In this document: positions 15,601 through 31,895 of the stretch, in pieces
Numbering within the stretch: the stretch's first letter is position 1
Layout of the letters: the number at the start of each line of letters is the position of its first letter
Source of the DNA: the human T2T-CHM13v2.0 reference genome, Homo sapiens
Assembly: GCF_009914755.1 (NCBI RefSeq)
Contig: NC_060928.1
Reading direction: 5' to 3' (one strand)
DNA: 64,000 nucleotides
Notes under the pieces: generated by a model
Database searches by the model: none
Told to the model about the DNA's origin: nothing
The model's input: only the letters and a program-made list of their open reading frames with translations
Made by a program: the position numbers and the translations under genes

Positions 15601-15811
15601 GGCTTAAAGATTTATTGAGTCGAACACCTTTGTAACCACCACCCAGGTCTGGAAATAGAACTTTGCCTACACCCCTGAGGACTCTTTCTCGTGCCCCATC
15701 TGGAGCACAACACCCTCCCTCACACCAAAAATAACTATTAGTCTGACTTTTTTTTTGCGGGGGGGAGCTGGATACTTCAAAACATTGATATTTTCTTGTT
15801 AGAATTTAAAC
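15601..15811 (-). other. 3' transduced flank carried by the L1PA insertion
   Basis: Non-L1PA, non-MER4 sequence between the L1 3' end (~15812) and the terminal poly(A) (15581-15600), inside the TSD. AATAAA (tttatt 15611-15616) lies 10 nt before the poly(A). Confidence 0.85.
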
Positions 15812-16561
15812 CTTTTTTTATTATACTTTAAGATTTAGGGTACATGTGCACAACGTCCAGGTTTGTTACATATGTATACATGTGCCATGTTGGTGTGCTG
15901 CACCCATTAACTCGTCATTTAACATTAAGTATATCTCCTAATGCTATCCCTCTCCCCTCCGCTCACACCACAACAGCCCCCGGTGTGTGATGTTCCCCTT
16001 CCTGTGTCCAAGTGTTCTCATTGTTCAATTCCCACCTATGAGTGAGAACATGCAGCGTTTGGTTTTTTTGTCCTTGCTATAGTTTGCTGAGAACGATGGT
16101 TTCCAGCTTCATCCATGTCCCTACAAAGGACATGAACTCACCATTTTTTATGGCTGCATAGTATTCCATGGTGTATATGTGCCACATTTTCTTAATCCAG
16201 TTTATCATTGTTGGACATTTGGCTTGGTTCCAAGTCTTTGCTATTGTGAATAGTGCTGCAATAAACATACATGTGCATGTGTCTTTATAGCAGCATGTTT
16301 TATAATCCTTTGGGTATATACCCAGTAATGGGATGGCTGGGTCAAATGGTATTTCTACTTCTAGATCCCTGAGGAATCACCACACTGACTTCCACAATGG
16401 TTGAACTAGTTTACAGTCCCACCAACGGTGTAGAAGTGTTCCTATTTCTCCACATCCTCTCCAGCACCTGTTGTTTCCTGACTTTTTAATGACTGCCATT
16501 CTAACTGGTGTGAGATGGTATCTCAGTGTGGTTTTGATTTGCACTTCCTTGATGGCCAGTG

Positions 16562-16562
<1 letters not shown>
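15812..16562 (-). mobile_element. L1PA (about PA3-PA5), non-inverted 3' segment
   Basis: L1PA 3' UTR and ORF2 C-terminus (ORF 16077-16268, MFIAALFTIAKTWNQ...). Confidence 0.95.
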
Positions 16563-18838
<2,276 letters not shown>

Positions 18839-19396
18839 TAGTGCTGGTCAGGTGTGTCTGAATTCCAAAGAGAGGAGGGTATAATGAGGCATATCACATG
18901 CCCACTTCCCATCATGTTGTCAACTAGTGTATCAGGTTATCTTTGGAATGCCCTTGGCTGAGGGTATGGTCCCTCATTTGGTTGGGAGGCTTAGAATATT
19001 TTGGGTTTACACAATAATCAATGAAATTCTTCTACTTTCTCCTTTTTTTGGTCCTCCTCTTTTCCATTTTTAGTTGCAATGTTTCTATCATCATCACATA
19101 TAATTTTTTTTTACATTAGTATTCAACCCTTATCTTTTTTACTCTTGTGTGCAGGCACACACATATCTATGTGTATATATGTATGCATGTACACATATGC
19201 ATATATATAATGCTCAGCAGCAACCCTGTTGTTGAAGTTCTCATGATCAACTCTTGGCTAATACAAACATCCTCTAGTAGATTCCCAAGAAGAGTTCATA
19301 CATACAGTATTTCCTAAGTTCTTGCAGATTTAAAAACTGTTATTCTATAGCATTGATAATTGAAGAAATTTAGCTCAATATAAAATCTCTGCTTCA

Positions 19397-19857
<461 letters not shown>

Positions 19858-21299
19858 TCCTATCATTGTCTTGTTTTGTATGCTGATTTGAAAAACTTGA
19901 TGTCATTCTAATTATTTTGCCCTTGTAAATTATCTGATCCTTTTTGCTTGGAGGCTGTAAAAACTTATTCTGCATTGTTGCAGCCAAATAGTTTTTCTAG
20001 GATATTTTTCAGAATTGATAGTTTTGAGATAATTTACTAAAATACACATTCCCTTCAATGGTTATGTTCAGATAGTTGATTACTGCAGTTTTCTTTGACT
20101 AGTTTTGAATCTTCATGCTGCCCAACTATTTTGTTTATTTTTCACAGACTACAGTTATACAAATATTATTTATTCTTTGCTTGTCTTATATGCCCACCAC
20201 TTTTTTTCTGGCTCATTTAAGTCCTTCTCTTAGCTCCATTTTATTCTCTTGGGCGTTTGCTTGCCTTCCTTCAATGATCTTATTAAATTTTCATTTGAGC
20301 CTATTATCCCTTGGTCACAATGTACTTTAGTAATTATATTTGAGATAATTTTGTCCTTTATTCCATTTCTTTCTTAAGTTCTTTTTTTCATCTTGGTTTT
20401 TACCCATTTTTTTTAATTTGCATTTCAGCCCAAGTATTTCTTAAATCCGTAAATGTTTGCTTGATAGCATTTAATTTAGTTTGGAGTATTGTCCTGGGTT
20501 TTTTTGTTGTTGTTCATTTGTTTTTTTTTTTTTCCTGCTTCATCATCATTAACTTGGAAGTATGGCAAAGACAACTCCTTAGGTCCTCTTATTTTTATTC
20601 TCTTTTGTCTTGTAGAACCATAAATTTTCTTTTTTTGCTTCATTACTTCTTCTCCACCCAATTGTCAATGAGTGGAGTGCCTCTCATCGTTTTTGTTCAC
20701 CCCACATACCTGACCCTGAGAAGCTATGGTTTTCAAAGAATGATATTTCAAATTACCTGCACTTTTCAGTTTCTTCACCATCTGTGCCCTGCTCTCTTGG
20801 GACTTCCTTCTGTGTTTTCCCACTTACAGTAGACATGTTTTCTACCTGTGGTGTTATGTTAACCATAGACCTATTGTTAGCTTCATCTTCTCTTAATTTT
20901 TCTTGGCCTATATTTGTTCTATATAAAGATATGTGATAAGATAGTGTCTGAGTGGTTGCTACATGAAATTTAGTGTGATTATTTTTTCTACTTTTTAATC
21001 ATCATTATTTTGAAGTTTATGCATTCTTTGTCCTTACATTATGTGGATGGCATATTTGTATATGTGTGTGTATGTTTTACTTGTTCTTCTTTCTGTTCTG
21101 TTTTATTTTGGACAAAATATTTGCAGAGGTGAACCTGGGAGCTGCCATTGCCTACAGCTACCCAGACATCCACTATATCTTGACTTCCAATTTTAATGTG
21201 TCACAGAAGTATTGGAATCTAATTAATGATTTCTACTCAGTATTTGCAATGACTGATTACTATTTTTCCCATGATAAATAAATATAATACAAATACTAA

Positions 21300-21565
<266 letters not shown>

Positions 21566-21659
21566 TACAAACTAAATTCCTATCGCTGATGTGTGACCCT
21601 GGGAAATCTTAGCAGTTAATTCTGGCATCATATTTATTGCAAAATGATTATAGAACATG

Positions 21660-21850
21660 TTTAGCTTTAGAGTCTGACTGACTGAATTCATACCGGCTAC
21701 TTAGAACTGTGTTGCTATGGGCAAGTTCTTCACTTTCTCTCATCTGCATTTGCTCCATGAAATGAGAATAGTAACCTTCCCATTTCATAGAATTGTTAAT
21801 AAGGATTAAATAAGATATGCAAATAAAGCAATTAAAACAGTCTCTGACAT
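21660..21850 (+). mobile_element. MIR
   Basis: MIR core: gggcaagttcttcactttctctcatctgcatttgctccatgaaatgagaatagtaacc...aggattaaataaga. Confidence 0.65.
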
Positions 21851-22236
21851 AAAACTATTGCCAACAAAAGTTAACCCTTCTTACTAATGTGTGAAGCATG
21901 TTGGAAAATATCTTCTTGACTACATCAATGTAATTTTTCTTATTCAGAGCCAAATATTTCAAAATTTAAAAATACTGGTGCTTATTATTTTATTCCTTTC
22001 AGTCTTAGAAGTTCCCCGTTATTCCTCTAGTTATTCTGATTAGTCAGTACTCTTAAATATTGTAATTAATTCACAGCTCATAAACTTAAAAATAATTAGT
22101 ATTTTTAGGGGGTTGTGTTTAGCATTAATTAAAAACAGAAGCATGCAGAGTTAATTGTGGTTATGTTAAACTATTCTCTGTTCTTTCAATAAAGCAAGCA
22201 CCTTTAGAACATCCCGCTAAGAAATGGATGGATTCG

Positions 22237-22585
<349 letters not shown>

Positions 22586-25029
22586 TTAATAAAAATCTAA
22601 GCTGGAAGATGGGACAGTAGGAAGCATTCATAAGAATTTCCAGAGAAGTTTCCCCAACTGGTTATTGTCATCCTGAGTGTGGTTTCTAATGTTATTTTGA
22701 GGAATGGACATTTTAATCGTATTGTGCATTTGCAGAGAAAATACAGACAATATTTGCCAACGAATAGTTCTTTCATATGATAAAATTTTCAAAATAATAA
22801 TTTGAATTATGCCAATAGTATTTTGTGCCTGTAGAATTTGTGTCTCCTTTCAACAGGATTACCTTTATGTTGTGTGTTTTAGAGTATAAAGAACACATGG
22901 TTGATACATGAAGGAAATTATTCCATTCACTTGAACTTATATATATTGATTTAATAAATATTTATTAGTCATAAATAATATGCAAAGAATGCTATCAAGT
23001 GTGATAGGACAATACAGAGAAGGAAGCAACTAGCATCCACCAGAAGAAATATGAAAAATATACTTATAAACAATTAATAATGTGATTCAATGCACAGTAA
23101 AAACAGGAGTTCTATAGGCTAATGAGCAAAAGACTAAAGGAGTGCAGAAGTACCTGAAGTGAGCTTGAATAAGCCTGAACAATTTGAAACCTTTATGATT
23201 TCAAAACTATTCAGTTAAGAAATGGTTCAAAGCCAAATGTGCTCAAAGTCATCTTATGTAGCAATATCTTTGTATATCAGAGGAAGACTATGTAAATGGC
23301 AGTTCTGCAAATTTATATATAATATATATTTAATTTTTATTGAAGGATAATAAATGCAACTCTGCTATTTTAAAGCTTACATGCATATTAAGTCACAGCA
23401 ATAAACACAGTAATTATTTAGAGTTTATCCTAACAAAAGAATTTGGGGCTAGAGAATACTATTACTGATATTATTTAGAATTGCCAATACAATTTGATTG
23501 CTTTTATTATGTTTTTACATTTGTTCAGATAATTTTCCTTCTAATTGCTCACACTCTGGGTGGGCCAGCTCCAGTCATCATTGTTATGTCCTTCCTAGTG
23601 TTATTCAAAACATGTTAGATCTTGTATACTAGGGATAGAGGTTCCTTGTAATGCAGAGGAGGAGCTAACATTATAAATTATATTGGTTTCCAAGTTAGGG
23701 AGGTACTGAAGTGTAGAGGACCTTGAGTGTCCTACCTCTCATAATTAACTACTTTAAAATCACAAACAATTTCAGGAAACTTACTAAAAATACAGTGTAA
23801 GAGAATACATGAATACATTTTTATTTTTTGTCATACAGGTGACATAAACATTTATGTTAGTTCATTTAACTGTAAAATTGAAGTGGATGCTTAGAGCTCT
23901 GCTAACAAAGAATGCTGATTTCCTCACTATGGATATTGACGAGGCAATTTGCATAGAGACAATTGGAATATTCATTGTGTTGGAAATATAGCATGTAGAG
24001 TAGGATCAAAATATTCAGTGGATAATCATTCTAAAGAATAAGACATCACAGCATTAAAAATTATACCATGCCTAATACCAGGAAATATCAGAATCTGATT
24101 CTAATAAGTTAACATTTCAATGAAATCCCCCTTAATCATGATGATTTTGTTCCTTCAGGACTACTCTTTATTCTAATGTGATGTTTTATTAATATATGGC
24201 TTTAATGTATCTCTAGCTGTTTGAACTAATCATAATTGGTATTTACTTTCTTACCTAACTTAACTTTTTGTATTTACTAAAGAATCTTTAATGCTTAGTA
24301 AAGTAGAGTCAAAGGAAATGCAAAACCAAAACCAACCAAACAAAACAAAACTCCATTACTCAAATGTATTTATACATTTTAAACAAAATATATTTTAGTT
24401 TGTATATGTTACCTAATTGCAATTGATTTAGGTCTTACCACCAAAATTTTATTTCACTGTAATAAATTATTTCCTCAAATAAGACTGAGTATTTTAAATA
24501 TCAAGTTTACTTTTATTTGGACGGCATCATCAAGAAACCAAGCCTCTCAGAAGTTTCTTAATAAATGTTTTAATGCCTTTGCTGATTTACCCATGTGGTC
24601 CTCATTACTCTGTATATTAATTTTTCCTGATATTGTAAAAAACCCATAGCGACAGGTGCTGCTTCTTTCTATCTTAACAAGCGCTTTAATTCATAAAATT
24701 ATTCAGTAAATATTTGTGAAATAAAATTGATAAACCAGTCTGATTTACAGAGGCAGCTGTCCAGGCAAGAGTAGTAAACTTCTACTAACAAAATTACTTC
24801 AGAGGAGCTAACATTATAAATTATATTGGTAGAAAATAATTTATGCACTTGATATGGGCTAGACACTACATGTTTTACATTGTTGATTCATTTAATCTTC
24901 ACCACAATCTTAGGAGATTTGTTCTAATATGTATCTCATTTTATAGAAAAGAAAATTGAGACAAACAGAGGTCAGGTCAAGTAAATTGGCTATAAGTAGT
25001 TTTTGCTATTTATCTTTTACTGATTTAGA

Positions 25030-25960
25030 TGAGAGAGTTGAGAGGCTGAACAACACTTTTCATGGCCTCACTTGCCTAGAAGAAATACAAATTAAAGTCC
25101 AGATTATACTCAAAGTGAAGCCTTGGTAAATCTCCCAGTGTAAAGACTGGAAACTTACAGAACTTCACTCTAGGAAAAAAGGTAAACTATAAGAAAACCT
25201 TCCCTTACCAGATCACAGCCCACATTTGAATCATCTGAGTGGCCTTGTATATCTCAAGTCTAATTTTGAATGAAGATGATGCCAGATTTATAGTCTTTTT
25301 AGGCATTGGCAGAAACAAATATAAATTCTCTCAGAAAGAAGATGACATCCATCATTCGGGGACTCAATAGTTTTGTAAAATAATGACTTTTTGATTCAAA
25401 GTCTAGAACATAATCGGCAATAATCTAGACATATGATGATATATAATGACATAAATGAGAATCAGAGTAAATAACAGCAGAAAGATTATATTCTCTCCAG
25501 ATAATGGAATCATTATATACAGGCCAAAAAAACTAATGGATATAAAATTTTAAACTTTCTATTTTAGCAAGAAAATAGAAAGTACATTGAAGTCAAAGAG
25601 AATTGGATAGAAGTAGAACTTAAAAAATACAAAAAGAAATATTATTTATTTTACTGATGGTTTGAGAACATATTAGAGACAACTAAGAAGAAGAATGAAC
25701 TGGAATATAGATCAGGAAAAATATCCAAATTAACAAAGGAAAATGAAATGAGTAAAACACAGAAGATAAGAAAGATTTACAGAGAACACAACAATAATTT
25801 CTAATATGTGTTATTTGTATCCCAGAGGAGAAGAGAAAGAAATTATGGCAGAACAAAATGTACAGAGATAATAAGATAATTACCCAAAGCTAATGAAATG
25901 TATCAAGCCATGGAATTAACAAGCTAACACATCCTAAGAGGATTTAGAAAAAGGAAATTT
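25030..25960 (+). mobile_element. Ancient L1M 5'/ORF1 remnant
   Basis: Degenerate ORF1-like motifs (ttagagacaactaagaagaagaatgaactggaa, gtatcccagaggagaagagaaaga). It appears to continue at ~32940-33560. Confidence 0.55.
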
Positions 25961-25961
25961 A

Positions 25962-26282
<321 letters not shown>

Positions 26283-29062
26283 TTAGAGGCAGAGCAAGAT
26301 GGCAGAATAGAAAGCTCCAATGACAGTTCCCCGTACAGCCCCTGCAAAGACACCCAGGTAACAGCTATCTACACAGAAAAAGAAAAAACAAAACAAAAAC
26401 ACCTTCCTAAGAACCAGAAACTCAGGTGAGCATTCATAGTACCTAGTTTTAACTTCATATCACTGAAAGAGAAACTGAAGAGATGCAAAACAAATTGTCC
26501 TGAATTGCCAATGCCATGCCTCCCTGACACCTGGCAGCAGCAGTGTGGTGCAGAGAGCTTCTCTGGGCACTAGAAGAGGGAGAACACAGCAATTTTGAGG
26601 CACTGAACTCAGTGCTATTCTGTTAGAGCAGGAAGAAGAACCAGACCAAATTCAGCTGATGCCTTCACACTTAGGGAGCACTTAAACCAACCCTAGTCAG
26701 AGGGGGAACCGTAGATCTTAGTGGTCCAAGACTAAGTGCCTGCAGACCTTGCCACTGAGAGTCAAAGTGCTCTTGGTCTCTAAGTAAACTTGAAAGGCAG
26801 TCTAGGCCATAAGGACTGTAACTCTTAGGTGAATCCTAGAGCTGAACTAGGCCCAGAGACAGTGAACTAGGGGGAGCAGACGACATATTGAGACACCAGC
26901 TGGGACAGCCAAGGGAGTGCTAGTGTCACCCCTCCCTTAACTACAGGCTTCACAGCTCATGACTCCAAAAGACACCCTTTCCTTTTACTTGAGAAGAGGA
27001 GAAGGAAGAGAGGGGAAGGCTTTGTCTTGCTTCCTAGATACCAGATCAGCCACAGTAGAATAGGGCACCAGTCATAGTCACGAGGTCCCCATTCCAGGAT
27101 CTAGCTCTTAGACAACATTTCTAGACACATTCTAGGCCAGAAGGTAACCCCCTGCCTTGAAGGCCTTCATTACATGCTAATTGAAGTGTCTTTGGGACCT
27201 GAATAACCAGCAGTGATATCCAAGTACTACGTTGAGAACCTTGGTGAGTCTCTGAGACTTGGTGGCTTCAAGTGAGCTCAGCACATTACCAGCTGTGGTG
27301 ACTATTGAGCAAAACTCCTCTTGCTTGAGAAAAGCAGAGGGAAAAGAAAAGGGGACTTTGTCTTGTACCTTATGTAGCAACACTGCCACAGTGGAGTAAA
27401 CCACCAAGGGGGCTCTTGGGGTCCCTGATTCCAGGACTCGGTTCGTGGATGACATTTCTGGACCTACCCTGGTGCAGAGGGGAGCCCACTGCCCTGAAGA
27501 ATGAGTCCCAGGCCAGGCAGCATACACACAAGCTGACTTAGGGATCCTTGAGCCTTAAGAGAATATCATCAGTAGACTGGCAGTACCCCTTATGGACTGG
27601 AGCAGCAGTGGCTATGAGGTTAGGCTCCTCTGCCAATGGAAACAGGAGGGAAGAGTAGGAAGGACTGTGTCCTGTGGTTTGAGTGACAACTTAGCTACTG
27701 TACAATAGAATAACAGGTAGATTTTTAAGGGTTTTAACTCTAGTCCCTTGAATCCTGGACAGCACTTCTGGACCCGCCTACGGAGCTTGCTTCCCTGAAG
27801 GAAAGGATGCAGGCCCAGCTGGCTTTGCCACCTGCTGATTGTAGAGCCCTAAGGCCTTGGGTGAACATAGGAAGTAGCCAGGGAGTGGTTACACAGGCCT
27901 TAGGTGAGACCCAGCATTGGCCTGGCTTCAGGTGTGAACCAGCACAGTCATAGCGGTGTTGGGCACAGGGGTGCTTGTGTCACTCCACCCCCAGCTTTAG
28001 GTGGCTCAGAACAGAGAGAGAGAGAGACTCTATGTATTTGGGAGAAAGTAAGGGAAGAGAACAAGAGTCTCTGCCTGGTAATCCAGAGAATTCTCCTGGT
28101 TTTTGTCAAAGATGATCAAGGTGTACCTCTACAAGTCTGTAAGAACCACAGTGTTACTGGGCTTGGAGTGCCACCTAAAGAAGATCACAACACCAAAGTC
28201 TTTTCAAATATCTGAAACCCTTCCCAAGAAGGATGGCTACAAATAAGTCCAGACAGTGAAGACTACAATAAATACCTAACTCTTCAACTCAACAGACACT
28301 GAAGAACATCTACTACCATCAACACCATCCAGGAAAACATGACCTCACCAAGTGAACTAAATAAGGCACCAGGGACCAATCCTGGAGAAACAGAGATCTG
28401 TGATTTTTTCAGAGAATTCAAAATAGCTGTGTTGAGGATATGCAAAGAAATTCAAAATAACACGGAGTTAGAATTCAGAATTCTATCAGATAAATTTAAC
28501 AAAGAGATTGAAATAATTAAAAATAATCAAGCAGAAATTCTGGAGCTGAAATATGCAATTGACATACTGAAGAATGCAGCAGAGTCCTTTAATAGCAGAA
28601 CTGATTAAGCATAAGAAAGAATTAGTGAGCTTGAAGATGGGTTATTTGAACATATACAATTAGAGAAGACAAAAGAAAGAAGAATGAACAGCAATGAAGC
28701 ATGCCTAAAAGATCTAGCAAACAGCCTCAAAAGGGCAAAGAGGGGATAGAGAAAGAAATAGGAATAGGAGTTTATTCAAAGGGATAATAACAGAGAACTT
28801 CTCAAACCTAGAGAAAGATATCAATATTTAAGTACATGAAGATTATAGAACACAAAGCAGATTTAATCCAAAGAAGACTATCTCAAGGTATTTAATAACC
28901 AAACTCCCAAAGGTTAAGGATAAAGTCAGGATCCTAAAAGCAAGAGAAAAGACACAAACAACATACAATGGAGCTCCAATACATCTGGCAGCAGACTTTT
29001 CAGTGAAAAACCTTACAGACCAGAAGAAAGTAGCATGACATATTTAAAGTGCTGAAGGAAAA

Positions 29063-29102
<40 letters not shown>
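29063..29102. repeat. (CA)n microsatellite within L1 ORF1
   Basis: cgcgcacacaca... run. Confidence 0.95.
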
Positions 29103-29103
<1 letters not shown>

Positions 29104-29939
29104 TTATTCTAGAATAGTATAGCTGGTGAAAATATCCTTCAAACATGAAGGGGAAATAAAGACTTTCCCAGACAAACAAAAGCTGCGGGATTTCATCAAT
29201 ACCAGACCTATCCTATAAGAAATGCTAGAAGGAGTACTTCAATGAGAGAAAAGAACATTAATGAGCAAGAAATAATCACATGAAGATACAAAACTTAGTA
29301 AGTACACAGAAAAACAGAATATTATAACACTGTAACTCTCATGTGTAAACTACTCTTATGCTAGGTAGAAGTACTAAATGATGAATCAATCAAAAATAAT
29401 AACTACAATAACTTTTCTTTTTTTTTTTTTTAATTTATTTTTTTTATTGATAATTCTTGGGTGTTTCTCACAGAGGGGGATTTGGCAGGGTCATGGGACA
29501 ATAGTGGAGGGAAGGTCAGCAGATAAACAAGTGAACAAAGGTCTCTGGTTTTCCTAGGCAGAGGACCCTGCGGCCTTCCGCAGTGTTTGTGTCCCTGGGT
29601 ACTTGAGATTAGGGAGTGGTGATGACTCTTAACAGCATGCTGCCTTCAAGCATCTGTTTAACAAAGCACATCTTGCACCGCCCTTAATCCATTTAACCCT
29701 GAGTGGACACAGCACATGTTTCAGAGAGCACAGGGTTGGGGGTAAGGTCACAGATCAACAGGATCCCAAGGCAGAGGAATTTTTCTTAGTGCAGAACAAA
29801 ATGAAAAGTCTCCCATGTCTACTTCTTTCTACACAGACAGGCAACCATCAGATTTCTCAATCTTTTCCCCACCTTTCCCGCCTTTCTATTCCACAAAGCC
29901 GCCATTGTCATCCTGGCCCGTTCTCAATGAGCTGTTGGG

Positions 29940-31555
29940 CACACCTCCCAGACGGGGTGGTGGCCGGGCAGAGGGGTTCCTCACTTCCCAGTAGGGGCGG
30001 CCGGGCAGAGGCGCCCCTCACCTCCCGGACGGGGCGGCTGGCCGGGCGGGGGGCTGACCCCCCAACCTCCCTCCCGGACGGGGCGGCTGGCCGGGCAGAG
30101 GGGCTCCTCACTTCCCAGTAGGGGCGGCCGGGCAGAGGCGCCCCTCACCTCCCGGACGGGGCGGCTGGCCGGGCGGGGGGCTGACACCCCCACCTCCCTC
30201 CCGGACGGGGCGGCTGGCCGGGCGGGGGACTGACACCCCCACCTCCCTCCCGGACGGGGCGGCTGGCCGGGCAGAGGGGCTCCTCACTTCCCAGTAGGGG
30301 CGGCCGGGCAGAGGCGCCCCTCACCACCCGGACGGGGCGGCTGGCCGGGCGGGGGGCTGACCCCCCCACCTCCCTCCCGGACGGGGCGGCTGGCCGGGCG
30401 GGGGGACTGACCCCCCCCACCTCCCTCCCGGACGGGGCGGCTGGCCGGGCGGGGGGCTGACACCCCCACCTCCCTCCCGGACGGGGCGGCTGGCCGGGCA
30501 GAGGGGCTCCTCACTTCCCAGTAGGGGCGGCGGGGCAGAGGCGCCCCTCACCTCCCGGACGGGGCGGCTGGCCGGGCAGGGGGGCCGACCCCCCCACCTC
30601 CCAGACGGGGCGGCTGGCCGGGCGGAGGGCTGACCCCCCCACCTCCCTCCCGGACAGGGCGGCTGGCCGGGCGGGGGGCTGACCCCCCAACCTCCCTCCC
30701 GGACGGGGCGGCTGGCCGGGCAGAGGGGCTCCTCACTTCCCAGTAGGGGCGGCTGGGCAGAGGCGCCCCTCACCTCCCAGACGGGGCGGCTGGCCGGGCG
30801 GAGGGCTGACCCCCCCACCTCCCTCCCGGACGGGGCGGCTGGCCAGGTGGGGGGCTGACCCCCCCACCTCCCTCCCGGACGGGGCGGCTGGCCGGGCAGA
30901 GGGGCTCCTCACTTCCCAGTAGGGGCGGCCGGGCAGAGGCGCCCCTCACCTCCCGGACGGGGCGGCTGGCCGGGCGGGGGGCTGACCCCCCCACCTCCCT
31001 CCCGGACAGCACGGCTGGCCAGGCGGGGGGCTGACCCCCCCACCTCCCTCCCGGATGGGGCGGCTAGCCGGGCGGGGGGCTGACCCCCCCCACCTCCCTC
31101 CCGGACGGGGTGGCTGCCGGGCGGAGACGCTCCTCACTTCCCAGATGGAGTGGCTGCCGGGCGGAGGGGCTCCTCACTTCTCAGACGGGGTGGTTGCCAG
31201 GCAGAGGGTCTCCTCACTTCTCAGACGGGGCGGCCGGGCAGAGACGCTCCTCACCTCCCAGACGGGGTCTCGGCCGGGCAGAGGCGCTCCTCACATCCCA
31301 GATGGGGCGGCCGGGCAGAGGCGCTCCCCACATCTCAGACAATGGGCCGCCGGGCAGAGACGCTCCTCACTTCCTAGATGTGATGGCGGCTGGGAAGAGG
31401 TGCTCCTCACTTCCTAGATGGGATGGCGGCCGGGCGGAGACGCTCCTCACTTTCCAGACTGGGCAGCCAGGCAGAGGGGCTCCTCACATCCCAGACGATG
31501 GGCGGCCAGGCAGAGACACTCCTCACTTCCCAGACGGGGTGGCGGCCGGGCAGAG
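29940..31555. repeat. SVA VNTR (~35-50 bp GC-rich units)
   Basis: Repeated gacccccccacctccctcccggacggggcggctggccgggc and gcagaggggctcctcacttcccagtaggggcggccg units. Confidence 0.97.
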
Positions 31556-31593
31556 GCTGCAATCTCGGCACTTTGGGAGGCCAAGGCAGGCGG

Positions 31594-31895
31594 CTGCTCC
31601 TTGCCCTCGGGCCCCGCGGGGCCCGTCCGCTCCTCCAGCCGCTGCCTCCCGGGCGGCGCTCGCCGGCACGGCGGCAAAGACTGAGACAGCTCCGCTGCCC
31701 GCTGAACTCCATCCTCCCGGCGGTCGGGCGGCGGCGGCTGCGGTCGGTCGCGGCAGCGGCTCCGCTTCATATCTGCAGCTGGGGCTCGCGGGCGTCAGCG
31801 CCGCGACTGTCCCGGCTCCGCACTGCCCCGGGCCGCAGCGCAGCCGCGCCAACCACCACCCGCGGCCACCATGGCCGGACGGGCTCCCTAAGCCC
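31594..31895 (-). pseudogene. MAST2: Retrotransposed MAST2 exon 1 fragment (partial 5' UTR plus first 59 codons), CpG-island-like
   Basis: ORF 31447-31770(-) begins MKRSRCRDRPQPPPPDRREDGVQRAAELSQSLPP..., which I recognise as the MAST2 N-terminus. It switches to SVA sequence after ...GKEQ (GAGCAG|CCGCCTGCC). This is a copy, not the MAST2 gene itself. Confidence 0.92.

Larger units (their letters stand above)
29418..31895 (-). mobile_element. SVA_F1 (MAST2-SVA) retrotransposon
   Basis: Poly(A) ~29418-29447, SINE-R ~29447-29935, GC-rich VNTR ~29940-31555, short Alu-like remnant ~31556-31593, MAST2 exon 1 sequence 31594-31895, no CCCTCT hexamer. TSD AACTTTTC at 29410-29417 and 31896-31903. Confidence 0.96.

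Noticed and set aside
29940-31555. Repeat array resembling CRISPR
   Set aside because: The units are tandem with no unique spacers, there are no cas genes, and the context is a eukaryotic SVA VNTR.
31865-31891. Perfect Kozak GCCACCATGG on the + strand
   Set aside because: It opens only MAGRAP* and is antisense to the MAST2 5' UTR.
31594-31895. The MAST2 gene locus itself
   Set aside because: The exon is joined directly to SVA sequence with no GT donor or intron and lies within the TSD, so it is a retrotransposed copy.
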